In this document: piece by piece, positions 34,580 to 46,293 of the stretch | Position numbering within the stretch: the first letter of the stretch is position 1 | Layout of the letters: each line of letters starts with the position of its first letter | Translations under genes and position numbers: made by a program | Source of the DNA: an uncultured Verrucomicrobiota bacterium | Lineage (GTDB): Bacteria > Verrucomicrobiota > Verrucomicrobiia > Limisphaerales > CAZZJO01 | DNA: 64,000 nucleotides | NCBI GenBank assembly: GCA_964654645.1 | Contig: CAZZJO010000010.1 | Span: 65,051 to 129,050 of the forward strand | Reading direction: 5' to 3' | The notes under the pieces: model-generated | The model's database searches: none | Told to the model about the DNA's origin: nothing | What the model saw: only the letters and a program-made list of their open reading frames with translations

Positions 34580-35308
34580 TCAACCGGCAGATGTTACACC
34601 ACCACTCTCGGCGATCCACAACGTTGCATGCTGGTTTTCCATTAGCCGGGTCAAAGCTAAATCTAATCCCAGTTTTATGTGCTGCTGCACCCGCTGATAC
34701 GCCAAATTGCTATCATGGGCTCTCAGAGCCTCGTAAATCTGTTTGTGTTGTGTGTTTATTTGCTGGAGTAGTTCACGACTATGTCCAAATTTTACCGTCC
34801 CAAAAATCGAGGCCAAAATGAAACTATCTGCTGCAAGCTTCGTTAAGCGGGCATTGTTAGCTGCTTCAATAATAGTCATGTGAAAAGCTAAATCAGACTG
34901 CAAGAACTCGGCTAAAGGTTCCCCACTATATGTTCCATCAGGATTGTTGGGTTCTTGTTGAATAACATCATCCATTTGTTGTAAAAGACTTTCAAGCCGT
35001 GACAATAAAGCTGGAGAAATATTTTCAGCAGCCTTCATCACCGCATAACCTTCAATAGCCTCCCGAACCCGAAACACGTCTTCAGCTTCCTGCCTGGTAA
35101 TCTTTCTTACAATCGCCCCCGCCCGCGGGACTAAATCGACCAGTCCCTCACTAGCCAATTTATTCATAGCTTCTCGTACGGGCGTTACACTAACTCCAAG
35201 TTCCTCGGCAATTTTTTTGTAATCCAGTCTTGTGCCTGGAGTAAGTTCCCCAGCCAAGAGTTTTTTCCGTAAGTGTTGATATATCTTATCTGGTAAAAGT
35301 GTGGCCAT
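34580..35308 (-). CDS. GntR-family transcriptional regulator (FadR/FCD subfamily)
   Basis: N-terminal winged HTH 'LLAGELTPGTRLDYKKIAEELGVSVTPVREAMNKLASEGLVDLVPRAGAIV'. All-helical C-terminal domain with His residues typical of FCD. Confidence 0.88.
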   Translation of the reverse strand: MATLLPDKIYQHLRKKLLAGELTPGTRLDYKKIAEELGVSVTPVREAMNKLASEGLVDLVPRAGAIVRKITRQEAEDVFRVREAIEGYAVMKAAENISPALLSRLESLLQQMDDVIQQEPNNPDGTYSGEPLAEFLQSDLAFHMTIIEAANNARLTKLAADSFILASIFGTVKFGHSRELLQQINTQHKQIYEALRAHDSNLAYQRVQQHIKLGLDLALTRLMENQHATLWIAESGGVTSAG

Positions 35309-35541
35309 AACCGTGCACTTGAGTATACGCCGTAATATTTACCGAGCCTCCATCAATGTCAACGCCAGTTTTAGTTCCGTCATATCAAGCCCACTCCTTA
35401 AAAGCCCGCTAGCTCAATTTAATTTGGCCCACAAAAATAACACAGACTCGAACTCCTCTCGCCTGTGTGGCTCTGGCCACTTAAACAATTTTTCAAAAAA
35501 GAATTTTGCTAACGCCCTCAACATGGCATTTATAAACACCC

Positions 35542-36417
35542 GTGAGGCGCATAGCAGAGTTATTCAAAATTAGACAGACCCCGATTATTTCGTTCGAAAT
35601 CTTTCCACCTCGGACACCGGAAGGGGAAAAAGCCCTTTTTGAACATGGGCTACCAAAAATGGTAGAACTGAGGCCAGGCTATTTTTCCGTGACCTATGGA
35701 GCAGGAGGTAGCACTCAAGCAAAGACAGTGGAACTCGTTCAAAGGCTTGCCCAAGACCATAATGCAAATGTAGTAGCTCATCTTACATGCATTGAAGCCA
35801 CGAAAAGCAAGATCACTGAATTATTACAGACTTATCAGAGGATTGGGTGCGTGAACATTTTGGCATTGCGTGGCGATCCACCACGCGACGCTCAAAAAAA
35901 GATTTTCAAAAGCGACTTCAAATATGCAATCGACCTAGTTCGGTTCATTAAAGCCACTGGGGATTTCTGTGTGGGGGTGGCCGGGTTTCCGGAAGGACAC
36001 CCTGAATGCCAGGGAGGAAAACACATAAACTGGCAACACCTAATCCAAAAAATTGAGGCAGGAGCTGAATTTGTAATCACACAGCTTTTCTTCGATAACA
36101 GGGACTACTTCGAGTTTACCGAATTTCTTAGTCGGCAAGGCATCAAAATACCAATAATACCAGGGATTATACCCATAACCAGCGCTAAACAAATCTTTAG
36201 ATTCACCGAGCTTTGTGGAGCACGAATCCCCGACAAAATTAAAGATGCACTTGAGCGATTTGGTGAAAAGGATGATGAAGTCACCCGTTTTGGAACTGAA
36301 TACGCAATTTCCCAGTGTTCCGAGTTAATTAATGCGGGCGCTCCTGGGCTACACTTTTACACCCTAAACCGGGTCGAACCCACCCGCACAATTTTGCAGA
36401 CACTCGGTTTTGTGTAA
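35542..36417 (+). CDS. metF: Methylenetetrahydrofolate reductase
   Basis: 'ISFEIFPPRT', 'YFSVTYGAGGST', 'NILALRGDPP' and 'ITQLFFD'. GTG start at 35542. Confidence 0.92.
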   Translation: MRRIAELFKIRQTPIISFEIFPPRTPEGEKALFEHGLPKMVELRPGYFSVTYGAGGSTQAKTVELVQRLAQDHNANVVAHLTCIEATKSKITELLQTYQRIGCVNILALRGDPPRDAQKKIFKSDFKYAIDLVRFIKATGDFCVGVAGFPEGHPECQGGKHINWQHLIQKIEAGAEFVITQLFFDNRDYFEFTEFLSRQGIKIPIIPGIIPITSAKQIFRFTELCGARIPDKIKDALERFGEKDDEVTRFGTEYAISQCSELINAGAPGLHFYTLNRVEPTRTILQTLGFV

Positions 36418-36432
36418 GCCGAATTAATCCAA

Positions 36433-37194
36433 CTATTTCGCATGCTTATCCCCTGGTTTGGACCACTTATCCTTTTCACGGTTCGCCAAAAATCTTTGGT
36501 ATAAATCAGGGCGATATTCTCGCGTGCGCCTTATTGCTTCCTGGAATCGCCATTTTTGAATTGCTGCATGGTTCCCCGAAAGAAGCACTTCGGGCACAGC
36601 CATACGCCGAAAGACAGCAGGTCGGGTATAATGAGGATACTCAAGAATCCCATTTGCAAATGACTCAGATTCTGCACTCTGGTCATCACCCAACACCCCT
36701 GGCAAAAGCCGCACCACAGAGTCTATGATCACCATCGCTGGCAATGCTCCATTGGTTAATACGTAATCCCCGATTGAAAACACTTCGTCGGCTAAACAAA
36801 TTCGAACGCGTTCATCGACGCCTTCATACGCTCCACAAATGATTAACAAGTGCCCGTACTGCGTCAGTCTCCGAGCATGTGCTTGGGTGTACAAAACACC
36901 TGAAGGAGATACCAGAATTACGCGTGTGGTTTCAGTGGCCAGCTTTTCAACCGCCTCAAAAATCGGTTCAGGCTTCAGAAGCATTCCGGGCCCACCTCCA
37001 AAAGGACGATCATCAACCGTTTTGTGTTTGTCGTGGGTATAATCCCGGAGGTTGTGAATGTATATTTCTACTCGCCGCTCTCGTTGGGCCCGGCCTATTA
37101 TGCTTGTATCCAGAGGCCCAACAAACATCCCAGGGAACAACGTCAATACGTCGATTCGGAATCCAGCAAAATTCCCTCTTAAGCTTTCACTCAC
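36433..37194 (-). CDS. trmD: tRNA (guanine37-N1)-methyltransferase
   Basis: 'FRIDVLTLFPGMF', 'DDRPFGGGPGMLLKPEP', 'LIICGAYEGVDERV' and 'SIGDYVLTNG'. Confidence 0.95.
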   Translation of the reverse strand: MSESLRGNFAGFRIDVLTLFPGMFVGPLDTSIIGRAQRERRVEIYIHNLRDYTHDKHKTVDDRPFGGGPGMLLKPEPIFEAVEKLATETTRVILVSPSGVLYTQAHARRLTQYGHLLIICGAYEGVDERVRICLADEVFSIGDYVLTNGALPAMVIIDSVVRLLPGVLGDDQSAESESFANGILEYPHYTRPAVFRRMAVPEVLLSGNHAAIQKWRFQEAIRRTREYRPDLYQRFLANREKDKWSKPGDKHAK

Positions 37195-37207
37195 TAATTA
37201 CAAATGA

Positions 37208-37444
37208 CTACTCTCCTTCGAGCAATTTCAAGGAATATTTAACACCTTTTTTTCCACCCGCGGCCATAAGCAACGTTCGCAAAGCGTTTATAGTTCCTCC
37301 GTCCTTTCCCACCACCGTGCCAACATCTTCTGGGTGCACCCTCAACTCTAACAAGACCTCACCTCGCCGATCTACTTTCCGGATTTGGACCGCGTCGGGA
37401 TTCCGCACAATGTGTTTTACCACGTATTCTACAAACTCCACCAT
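37208..37444 (-). CDS. KH-domain RNA-binding protein (YlqC/UPF0109 family)
   Basis: The internal ATG at 37444 gives 'MVEFVEYVVKHIVRNPDAVQIRKV...LELRVHPEDVGTVVGKDGGTINALRTLL'. The track ORF (to 37543) overlaps rpsP. Confidence 0.85.
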   Translation of the reverse strand: MVEFVEYVVKHIVRNPDAVQIRKVDRRGEVLLELRVHPEDVGTVVGKDGGTINALRTLLMAAGGKKGVKYSLKLLEGE

Positions 37445-37457
37445 GGGCCGCCCTTTA

Positions 37458-37724
37458 TTATCGAGTGGGCTGTACTGTCGAAGTCTGAAGCTTACGCGCC
37501 CTCTTAATGAGTGCTGCCACGGTTTCAGTAGGCTGTGCCCCACACTTCAACCAATAATCCACGCGCTCCAAGTTCACATACAACGGATCGCCTTTGTACC
37601 CCGGGTTATAATAACCGACTTCTTCTATCGCTCTGCCATCACGCGGAGCCCTGCTGTCGGCTATTACAATCCGGTATGCAGGCTTATGTTTCGTACCAAC
37701 ACGTTTTAGCCGAATCTTTACCAT
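37458..37724 (-). CDS. rpsP: 30S ribosomal protein S16
   Basis: The internal ATG at 37724 gives 'MVKIRLKRVGTKHKPAYRIVIADSRAPRDGRAIEEVGYYNP'. Confidence 0.95.
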   Translation of the reverse strand: MVKIRLKRVGTKHKPAYRIVIADSRAPRDGRAIEEVGYYNPGYKGDPLYVNLERVDYWLKCGAQPTETVAALIKRARKLQTSTVQPTR

Positions 37725-38029
37725 AGTCAAAATCCAACTTTTCAAATTGCCCAGCTGGGCCAGGATATTTCTGGTAAGTAAGTAATCAATGGACCCCAGT
37801 CTTTGCAAGCCTTTTCATCAAGAAAAACTACTCGGGATGATCAGACGTCTCTCCCCGGAATCCTAATTTGCCAGACTATCAAGTCATCAAAGCCCCAATT
37901 AACCTCCTTAGCCATCCTCATTAACGTTGCCCAGGGTTACTTAATTGCAAGTTGCACACAATTCTAAAGGCATTACATGGACAGAAATATTGAAACAGAT
38001 CACAGAATCGAGTTTTATTGTCTCTACGC

Positions 38030-38446
38030 ATGCGGATCCTAGCAGTAGATTATGGTTCAAAACGGATAGGGTTAGCTTTGAGTGACGAAACGCATACGAT
38101 AGCTAGCCCGGTTGGGTACATTTCAGCCCGGCCACTGGACAAAGTGATGGACGAGCTGAAAAAGATAAGTGCCACCCACAAAGTGGGGCTCATCATCATT
38201 GGACTTCCTCTCAATATGGACGGGACAGAAGGGCCCGCTGCGGTAGAGGTGCGTGAATTTGCGGCGCTGGTGGAAAAGACTATAAACACCCCAGTCAAAC
38301 TAATCGACGAACGATTAACTACTGTTGCAGCCGAAAGGTTACTTATTGAAGGCAGGCTTCGGAGGGAAAAACGCAAGTTAAAACGGGACGCGATGGCAGC
38401 TGCAATATTGCTTCAAGGCTATTTAGATTCGGCTCAGCCGGATTAA
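38030..38446 (+). CDS. ruvX: Putative pre-16S rRNA nuclease / Holliday-junction resolvase-like RuvX (YqgF)
   Basis: 'MRILAVDYGSKRIGLALSD', 'IIIGLPLNMDGTEG' and 'DERLTT'. The track start is TTG 38018; the first ATG is at 38030. Confidence 0.9.
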   Translation: MRILAVDYGSKRIGLALSDETHTIASPVGYISARPLDKVMDELKKISATHKVGLIIIGLPLNMDGTEGPAAVEVREFAALVEKTINTPVKLIDERLTTVAAERLLIEGRLRREKRKLKRDAMAAAILLQGYLDSAQPD

Positions 38447-38449
38447 ACC

Positions 38450-40437
<1,988 letters not shown>

Positions 40438-40452
40438 GTACCTTTTCTTTAG

Positions 40453-41586
40453 TCACACGCTCAATTGCTTAACCAAAGCTTCAGTGACTAAATCTGGTTT
40501 AATCGATCGCATACACCTGAAATCTGCTGGGCACCGCCTTCGAAAACATGGAGCGCATTTCACAGCAGCCCTGATTACCGTATGTTGAACACCCTGAAAC
40601 GGGATCGGCCCAGTAAAACTAGGGCTAGTGCTTCCGAATAACCCAAGCACTGGCACGCCCAAAGCCGCAGCAAGGTGCATGGGTCCTGTATCATTAGATA
40701 CCACCATCTGACATTTTAGAAGAGCTGCAGCTAATTCTTCTAAGGAAGTCTTTCCACACAAATCAATTACCGGAAGGCCGTGATAAATCAAATCTTTCGC
40801 TATCTTTGATTCTGTCTCTTTGCCGAATATAATCCATCTACAAGGCAACTTGTCACTCACCAAACGGACTAAATCTATAAAGTACTCCGCCGGCCATCGC
40901 TTTGCCTCCCCATACTCCCCACCAGGAATAAGTCCAATGTATCGGTCCTCGGCTAGCCCCAATCGTGCCCAAATGGAATGTTTTGCAATTTCCGACACGC
41001 TGAAATTACATCCAGGCAACCAACCATTTACATCGTGACCTACAAGTCGTAAATATACTCGAAGATGATGCTCCAATGGTAAAGTTCGCACCTGCTCGAT
41101 CTCAGGTTCAGGTTGAGTCTTATCGAGTACCAACAACCTTTTTATTTCGCTTCTAGAGCGTTTCTTAAACTTTACTGCAGCACCAGGCCAGTGAATTAAA
41201 TGGGTTAGGAATACCCCACGACACCGACCCGCATAACCTATCCTCACAGGTACACCCGCCAGCCAAGCCTCTAAAGCGGTACGAAGTGAATGTGGAAATA
41301 TAAAAACTAATGATGGTGAATAGCGTTTTATCTTACGTGCTGTTTCTAACGGTGACTCGTTCGGTGAACGAGGAATTATCCCTTCAATGTCCTGACGCAG
41401 TCTCCATATCCCCTCCAACTTCGCGTTGCACAACACAACAATCCGCGCTTTTGGAAACGCCCTTCGGATTACCGACACGGCTGCAGCGCAAAAAACTGCG
41501 TCTCCCAGCCAATTTGGTGAGCGAACCAAAATCACATCGTTGGATCCTACTTCCCCTACGCTATAGTCCAAACAGCAGCTTTTCAT
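40453..41586 (-). CDS. Glycosyltransferase family 9 (LPS heptosyltransferase-like)
   Basis: 'ILVRSPNWLGDAVFCAAAVSVIRRAFPKARI', 'GGEYGEAKRWP' and 'SNDTGPMHLAAALGVPVLGLFGSTSP'. The internal ATG at 41586 removes the 86-nt overlap with the upstream gene. Confidence 0.85.
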   Translation of the reverse strand: MKSCCLDYSVGEVGSNDVILVRSPNWLGDAVFCAAAVSVIRRAFPKARIVVLCNAKLEGIWRLRQDIEGIIPRSPNESPLETARKIKRYSPSLVFIFPHSLRTALEAWLAGVPVRIGYAGRCRGVFLTHLIHWPGAAVKFKKRSRSEIKRLLVLDKTQPEPEIEQVRTLPLEHHLRVYLRLVGHDVNGWLPGCNFSVSEIAKHSIWARLGLAEDRYIGLIPGGEYGEAKRWPAEYFIDLVRLVSDKLPCRWIIFGKETESKIAKDLIYHGLPVIDLCGKTSLEELAAALLKCQMVVSNDTGPMHLAAALGVPVLGLFGSTSPSFTGPIPFQGVQHTVIRAAVKCAPCFRRRCPADFRCMRSIKPDLVTEALVKQLSV

Positions 41587-41596
41587 CGATTTTACA

Positions 41597-42499
41597 TCAA
41601 CTATGTCCAGGGGATTTCCACCTATTATGAACCCAGAACCAATTTGCTGGGTCGCGTAAAATCGCGCGTTCAAATGCAGCATTCACATCAGCCATAATTT
41701 CTCTAACCTCCCTAGGCCGTCCTTCCGAATTGTGAACTGGTATTTCTTCACCACACTCGATACGCCACTTAGCCAACCCTTCACGAAAACAAAATGCAGT
41801 AAACAATCTACAATTGTATCGCCGGGCGATCACGGCTGGTGCACGTGTGGTTGAGGCGTTACGCCCGAAGAACGGTATAGCCAACCCGTGTTTACCTGCA
41901 TGTTGATCGGCTAAAATTCCTACAATAATGTTTTCACTCTCACCCAATAAATGCCTCAGATTTTCCCATTCGCTTCGGCGTTCGATAAATGTGCAACCTG
42001 TTTGAGCTCTTAACGATTGCATGATATCAGAAAAAAAAGCCTGGTTTAATCCCCGATACGTAGTAACACACCGCATGCCTGGTACAAGCTTTTGAAACCA
42101 TGCGAATAACTCAAAATTTCCAAAATGCCCAATTGCAAACACAAACTTACCACGCAGTTGGTTTAGATCAGTGGGAGCCGCAACAAACAGTTTCTCCAAT
42201 CCCACAAACCTAAGATGCATACTGACCTCTGGCCATGACATTGAGGCTAGCTTTACCATGCTTATAAAGTTTTCTCCTATCCGCTTAAAATTTTCCCGGC
42301 ATATCTGACGGATTTGATTTTCGGAAAAGTGACTTCCTAAACACTGGCGCAAGTTCTGCATAGCGATTCTTTTCCGCCTCCACACAATCCTATATGCCAA
42401 GTCTCCCATCACCCGACCTAATCTGCACACCACTCTGAGGGGCAGCCTTTGAATAGGCCAAAATAGCAGGCTCACCAATGTCCTTTTAAAAAATCGCAT
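41597..42499 (-). CDS. lpxL: Lipid A biosynthesis (Kdo)2-lipid IVA acyltransferase family (LpxL/HtrB-like)
   Basis: 'LLFWPIQRLPLRVVCRLGRVMGDLAYRIVWRRKRIAMQNL' and the catalytic-type 'AIGHFGNFE' (HX4E). The ATG at 42499 lies 1 nt after the lpxK stop. The track ORF (to 42625) overlaps lpxK. Confidence 0.75.
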   Translation of the reverse strand: MRFFKRTLVSLLFWPIQRLPLRVVCRLGRVMGDLAYRIVWRRKRIAMQNLRQCLGSHFSENQIRQICRENFKRIGENFISMVKLASMSWPEVSMHLRFVGLEKLFVAAPTDLNQLRGKFVFAIGHFGNFELFAWFQKLVPGMRCVTTYRGLNQAFFSDIMQSLRAQTGCTFIERRSEWENLRHLLGESENIIVGILADQHAGKHGLAIPFFGRNASTTRAPAVIARRYNCRLFTAFCFREGLAKWRIECGEEIPVHNSEGRPREVREIMADVNAAFERAILRDPANWFWVHNRWKSPGHS

Positions 42500-42500
42500 C

Positions 42501-43688
42501 TTACAGAAAACAAATTTTTCGAACACAATCTTGAAAATCAGTCGCGCCAGAAATAATCTCAATTTCGACGCGCAAAAAGTAGATAGGTAAGTCCCGCCTG
42601 TCCAACTTCGGCAAGCGCACTGCATCTTTTTGAGTCGTAACTATAAATTCTGCTTGGCGTTTCAAACTACGATTGATCACGTTCAAAACCTCTTGGGGGG
42701 TGAACCTGTGATGATCCGCGAACCGTTTTGCGTACACAATCTGGGCACCTAGCTTGACCAAACACTCTTCAAAGCTACGTGGACTAGCTATGCCACTTAA
42801 AGCAGCGATTCGCTTACCGTGGATAATTTCCAAGGAGAATCTCTTCCCAGTATATGCGTCTTCGAAATAAACCGGGCGATGTATACATTCGATTATCGGA
42901 GCTTGGGGATTAATCTGTCTAATGATCTTGCGCAGTTCTTCTGCCCGCCCATTGCTCTTGGTGATGAAAATCGTGTGTGCGCGTGCGAGCTGGGAAGGCG
43001 GCTCGCGTAGTATCCCCCGCGGTAGTAAATGACCATTCCCAAATGGTTGCTCACAATCAACAAGCACAATATCGTACCGCCTACCTCTTAATTTCCAATA
43101 TTGAAAGCCGTCATCTAACAGAAGCGTGTCACACCCAAATTTCTCAATTGCATATCGACCGCTTTTCACACGGTCTTTGTCCACCAAAACAACAACGTCC
43201 CTTAAATTCGTCGCTAACATATATGGCTCATCCCCCGCCATTTCGGAGTCTAACAATAACGATTTCCCATCCGAAACCACCCGTGGTGGGGCACTGTCTT
43301 TTATAAATATCCGCATTATTCGCTGTGAAAGAGGTAAAGGCTTAGACTTATAACCACGCGATAAAATCGCAACTTTTCTGCCTTGATCTCGAAGAACACG
43401 GGCAAATTTTTCTACCACGGGTGTTTTCCCTGTGCCACCTACTGTTAAATTACCAATGGCAATTACTTGGACTCCCAAAGTAGTATCTCGGAAAACGCGA
43501 TGGGAATAAAGTACTCGTCTTAGTGCGACCCCGAGCCCGAAAATTTTTGAGCATACAAACAAAATTCCCCGTGTGAAAACAGCAAGCTTATCATCGCGCT
43601 GCTCCGTAATAACTTCGATTACAAAGGTCTCAATTTTTTCTCGCAACTGCCGCAGCTTTTGCCACATATCGTAGGGGCAATTTGCCAC
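42501..43688 (-). CDS. lpxK: Tetraacyldisaccharide 4'-kinase
   Basis: '[42 protein letters not shown]' and 'LLDDGFQ'. GTG start at 43688 (alternative ATG at 43667). Confidence 0.92.
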   Translation of the reverse strand: MANCPYDMWQKLRQLREKIETFVIEVITEQRDDKLAVFTRGILFVCSKIFGLGVALRRVLYSHRVFRDTTLGVQVIAIGNLTVGGTGKTPVVEKFARVLRDQGRKVAILSRGYKSKPLPLSQRIMRIFIKDSAPPRVVSDGKSLLLDSEMAGDEPYMLATNLRDVVVLVDKDRVKSGRYAIEKFGCDTLLLDDGFQYWKLRGRRYDIVLVDCEQPFGNGHLLPRGILREPPSQLARAHTIFITKSNGRAEELRKIIRQINPQAPIIECIHRPVYFEDAYTGKRFSLEIIHGKRIAALSGIASPRSFEECLVKLGAQIVYAKRFADHHRFTPQEVLNVINRSLKRQAEFIVTTQKDAVRLPKLDRRDLPIYFLRVEIEIISGATDFQDCVRKICFL

Positions 43689-43764
43689 TCAAGGTTTCCC
43701 TCGACAAGCTCTACCCCACCTCCCCAAAAATATCCGCAGTTACCCAATCAAGGAAAGGGTTCTC

Positions 43765-44886
43765 TTACGCGCAAATAGGCTGGCATCCGTACTGCATTCC
43801 AAACGCGAATAGCAACTCACCAAGTTCGCGGTTCACCACCTCAGAAGGCTGTTGTCGATTCGCAAATTCCTTAAACTTCATAGCCAATGAGCGGATTAAT
43901 CGTTCGCATACATCACCGTCGGTTTTCATTGCGTTTCTAAAACATGAGTTCATCACTGTCTTCGACAACATTTCCATTAAGTCAATCGCCGCGTCCCATG
44001 AATCGATGTCTACTTTATCTACCTCTCCCCCCTCTAACAAAGGCTTACTAGTGCAAGACCCGCCACATTGAGAGAGAAGCTTTTCCACCCGGACTTGGAG
44101 TCGCGCTTCTTCCTCTACGGCCGAGCTAGAAAACGCACGCCGAAGTTTTCGGAACTGATAGTACGCATTACAATAATCTCGATTAAGCAGTTTATGCTCC
44201 AGCAAGTTCACTCCTAGCAAATGATGTTCCGCCATAAAGCATGTAACTTCCTCTGGCGTGAATCCGACTAATATTCCTAAAATGTAAACCGCATCCGCTA
44301 AAAATACTCTTGCTATATCCCGGCGACCCAATAACTCATTCGCATGCGTCAAAGCCCCAGATTGAACAGAGGTAGAACTCGTCGCACCTAACACAAACTC
44401 AAAAATCACTCGGTATAGTCTAATCCCAAGTTCAGGCTTTGTGGACAAACATTCCCGTATGCTTGCTACCCCTGCCTCTTCAGTCTTACCCTCTAGGGGC
44501 GCTTGCGTCCTACTAGCTGGGATGCCTTGGGGTGTAGTGTGCTTAGGATGGGTTGGTTGGATCACCCCGGGCCTTGTAGGTTGAGCTGCCTCAAAATGAT
44601 TAGGATCCACTATGATTGTAAATATTATGCGCGCTGTTTCAAAAGCATGCGCAACCATGTCCATAGCTGAAAGCTCAGTGTGAAACAAACCAAATCTATG
44701 TTCCCCAATCAGCTCGCTCAGCAACCGAGGTCCAGGAGCGACCCCACCAATAAGCCTTGCAATATCCAATAACCCTTCTTTCAAGGGCCGTTGTGTTAGT
44801 GCAGTCGGGAGCTTCCTTTTTACTTCGGCGGGATTCTCAAGGAATCGCAACCACGTGTAGATTGCCTTTAAATCCGGTGTATTCAT
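43765..44886 (-). CDS. Hypothetical cytoplasmic protein (373 aa), two helical halves joined by a Pro/Thr/Gln-rich linker
   Basis: Clean ATG-initiated ORF with protein-like composition, 76 nt upstream of lpxK on the same strand. No family motif recognised. Confidence 0.6.
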   Translation of the reverse strand: MNTPDLKAIYTWLRFLENPAEVKRKLPTALTQRPLKEGLLDIARLIGGVAPGPRLLSELIGEHRFGLFHTELSAMDMVAHAFETARIIFTIIVDPNHFEAAQPTRPGVIQPTHPKHTTPQGIPASRTQAPLEGKTEEAGVASIRECLSTKPELGIRLYRVIFEFVLGATSSTSVQSGALTHANELLGRRDIARVFLADAVYILGILVGFTPEEVTCFMAEHHLLGVNLLEHKLLNRDYCNAYYQFRKLRRAFSSSAVEEEARLQVRVEKLLSQCGGSCTSKPLLEGGEVDKVDIDSWDAAIDLMEMLSKTVMNSCFRNAMKTDGDVCERLIRSLAMKFKEFANRQQPSEVVNRELGELLFAFGMQYGCQPICA

Positions 44887-44949
44887 TGGAGTGGTGAAAT
44901 TTGACTATTAATCTCACTTTATACCATCCAAACACCGCCCATCATTTTT

Positions 44950-44979
44950 ATTTTACTCTGTCGTGTAAAAAATTGTCAC
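44950..44979 (-). promoter_or_regulatory. Candidate sigma70-type promoter for the 373-aa gene and LPS operon
   Basis: The minus strand reads GTGACA-N18-TAAAAT, ending about 60 nt upstream of the ATG at 44886. Confidence 0.3.
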
Positions 44980-45551
44980 TCCCAAATTGTAGAAAAAGGA
45001 AATCCATCCCCTGACATACAAACAACATCGGGCAAATCAACTTAAAGGGTGTTCTGACGCCCAAAATCATATCGTCGTTCCAACCCCCAATCATTAGGTC
45101 TTAGTGGCTTAAACTTTGGTAATATAGCTGGGCAAAACCATCCCACCATCTCACAATACCTTTGCCCAATAGTGAAGTGATCCGCAGGAAATGAGATCCA
45201 AACCCAAGCTTCGAAAATTTTACCCCAAAGCTCGTCAACTTGGGCAGTTATGCTCACACACCATACTTATAAGCTACTTACGTATCTAGCCGTTCAGAGT
45301 AAAAACCTGAGCCTTATTCATACCGTCTCAATTGTCTTTGCAATCAACATCCGAAACCCTTTTGTAACTTTATGTGCTACTAGGCACAAAAATAGTAGCA
45401 CACGATATTGTACCCAAAATGCCTCACAATTACTCAACACAACTAAGGCATGAGCTACTTTCCATCTAAGCAGCTCGGTTGGCCTCGTGGGCACTCTCAA
45501 TTCCAAGTACAATCTCCTGAACCACTTAAATCTGAGGGAAAAAGCGGCTAA

Positions 45552-45626
45552 TGGAGGCGAGGGTCGGATTCGAACCGACGCATGGGGCTTTTGCAGAGCC
45601 CTGCCTTACCACTTGGCTACCCCGCC
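45552..45626 (-). tRNA. tRNA-Cys (anticodon GCA), CCA encoded
   Basis: The reverse complement is GGCGGGGTAGCCAAGTGGTAAGGCAGGGCTCTGCAAAAGCCCCATGCGTCGGTTCGAATCCGACCCTCGCCTCCA. It folds with a 7-bp acceptor stem (one G-U), anticodon loop CTGCAAA and T loop GGTTCGAATCC. Confidence 0.9.
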
Positions 45627-46293
45627 AAAATACAAACATAAATTACATTTCAACCGCGGATATGACAAGTCTGTTCTCCCCAGCCCCAGTAAGCCACCCC
45701 TAAAACTCATAACTTACAGTTGTCAATAATTGCCATACCTTATCGAGTGTTAGCATTAAGGTTCTACCTTACGACTTTGGGGCTTTCCCAAACCCCAGTT
45801 CCAGTAAAAAACCCTGTATTAGGTCCCGTGACTCCTTGACACTGAAAAGCAATTCAGGGTACGTATTGCTAACAGACTACCACAAAAATCGTGCATAACA
45901 TTTTCAACATCAACTAGCCATACTGGTTTTGCGAGACGAGCGCAACCGCTAAATATCTTGAGGCCCAGGCTCCGAATAACACCCATTTTAAGCATTTCCT
46001 CAAAAAGGAGCTCAACCATAATTAAGGGAGGCTATTTGCTGAGGCAATCCCTGTTTGGGAAATGAGGCGAGTTCGTGAAATGACAAAAATCCCAAATATT
46101 TAATTTCTCTCCTCCGCAAGAATAATCCTACCTCGTATGTCGAGTTGCTTTCGCCATTTTAAGGAACTAAAAAACTGCATATATCCTGCGACTTTTAGTC
46201 AATAGCAACCCACCTTGGGCCCCATGCGTTTCACCAGTTTTAAGGAGATGCTTTACAAATTAAAACGCCCGGACTTGATCTTTGGAAGGCCTG

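Noticed and set aside
35309-35541. Possible SAM/SAH riboswitch or other leader element upstream of metF
   Set aside because: I could not recognise any SAM-I, SAM-II or SAH consensus. Only a trivial 5-bp hairpin (GTGGC-TCTG-GCCAC) is present. A covariance-model scan would be needed to exclude one.
36879-37709. 276-aa plus-strand ORF
   Set aside because: It is antisense to trmD, the KH gene and rpsP, all of which have unambiguous conserved motifs. Its product is low-complexity.
45042-45257. 71-aa minus-strand ORF between the 373-aa gene and tRNA-Cys
   Set aside because: It has no RBS and no recognisable motif, and it is isolated in a spacer. It could be a real small protein, but there is no positive evidence.
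45373-45400. 9-bp hairpin GTGCTACTA-N10-TAGTAGCAC downstream of tRNA-Cys
   Set aside because: There is no U-tract on either strand and it lies ~150 nt from the tRNA 3' end. It may be structural, but it cannot be assigned as a terminator or an sRNA.
45552-45626. tRNA-Cys (and tRNA-Tyr at 23221-23307) as integration sites of genomic islands
   Set aside because: There is no integrase nearby, and I could find no duplicated copy of either tRNA 3' end in the flanking sequence.
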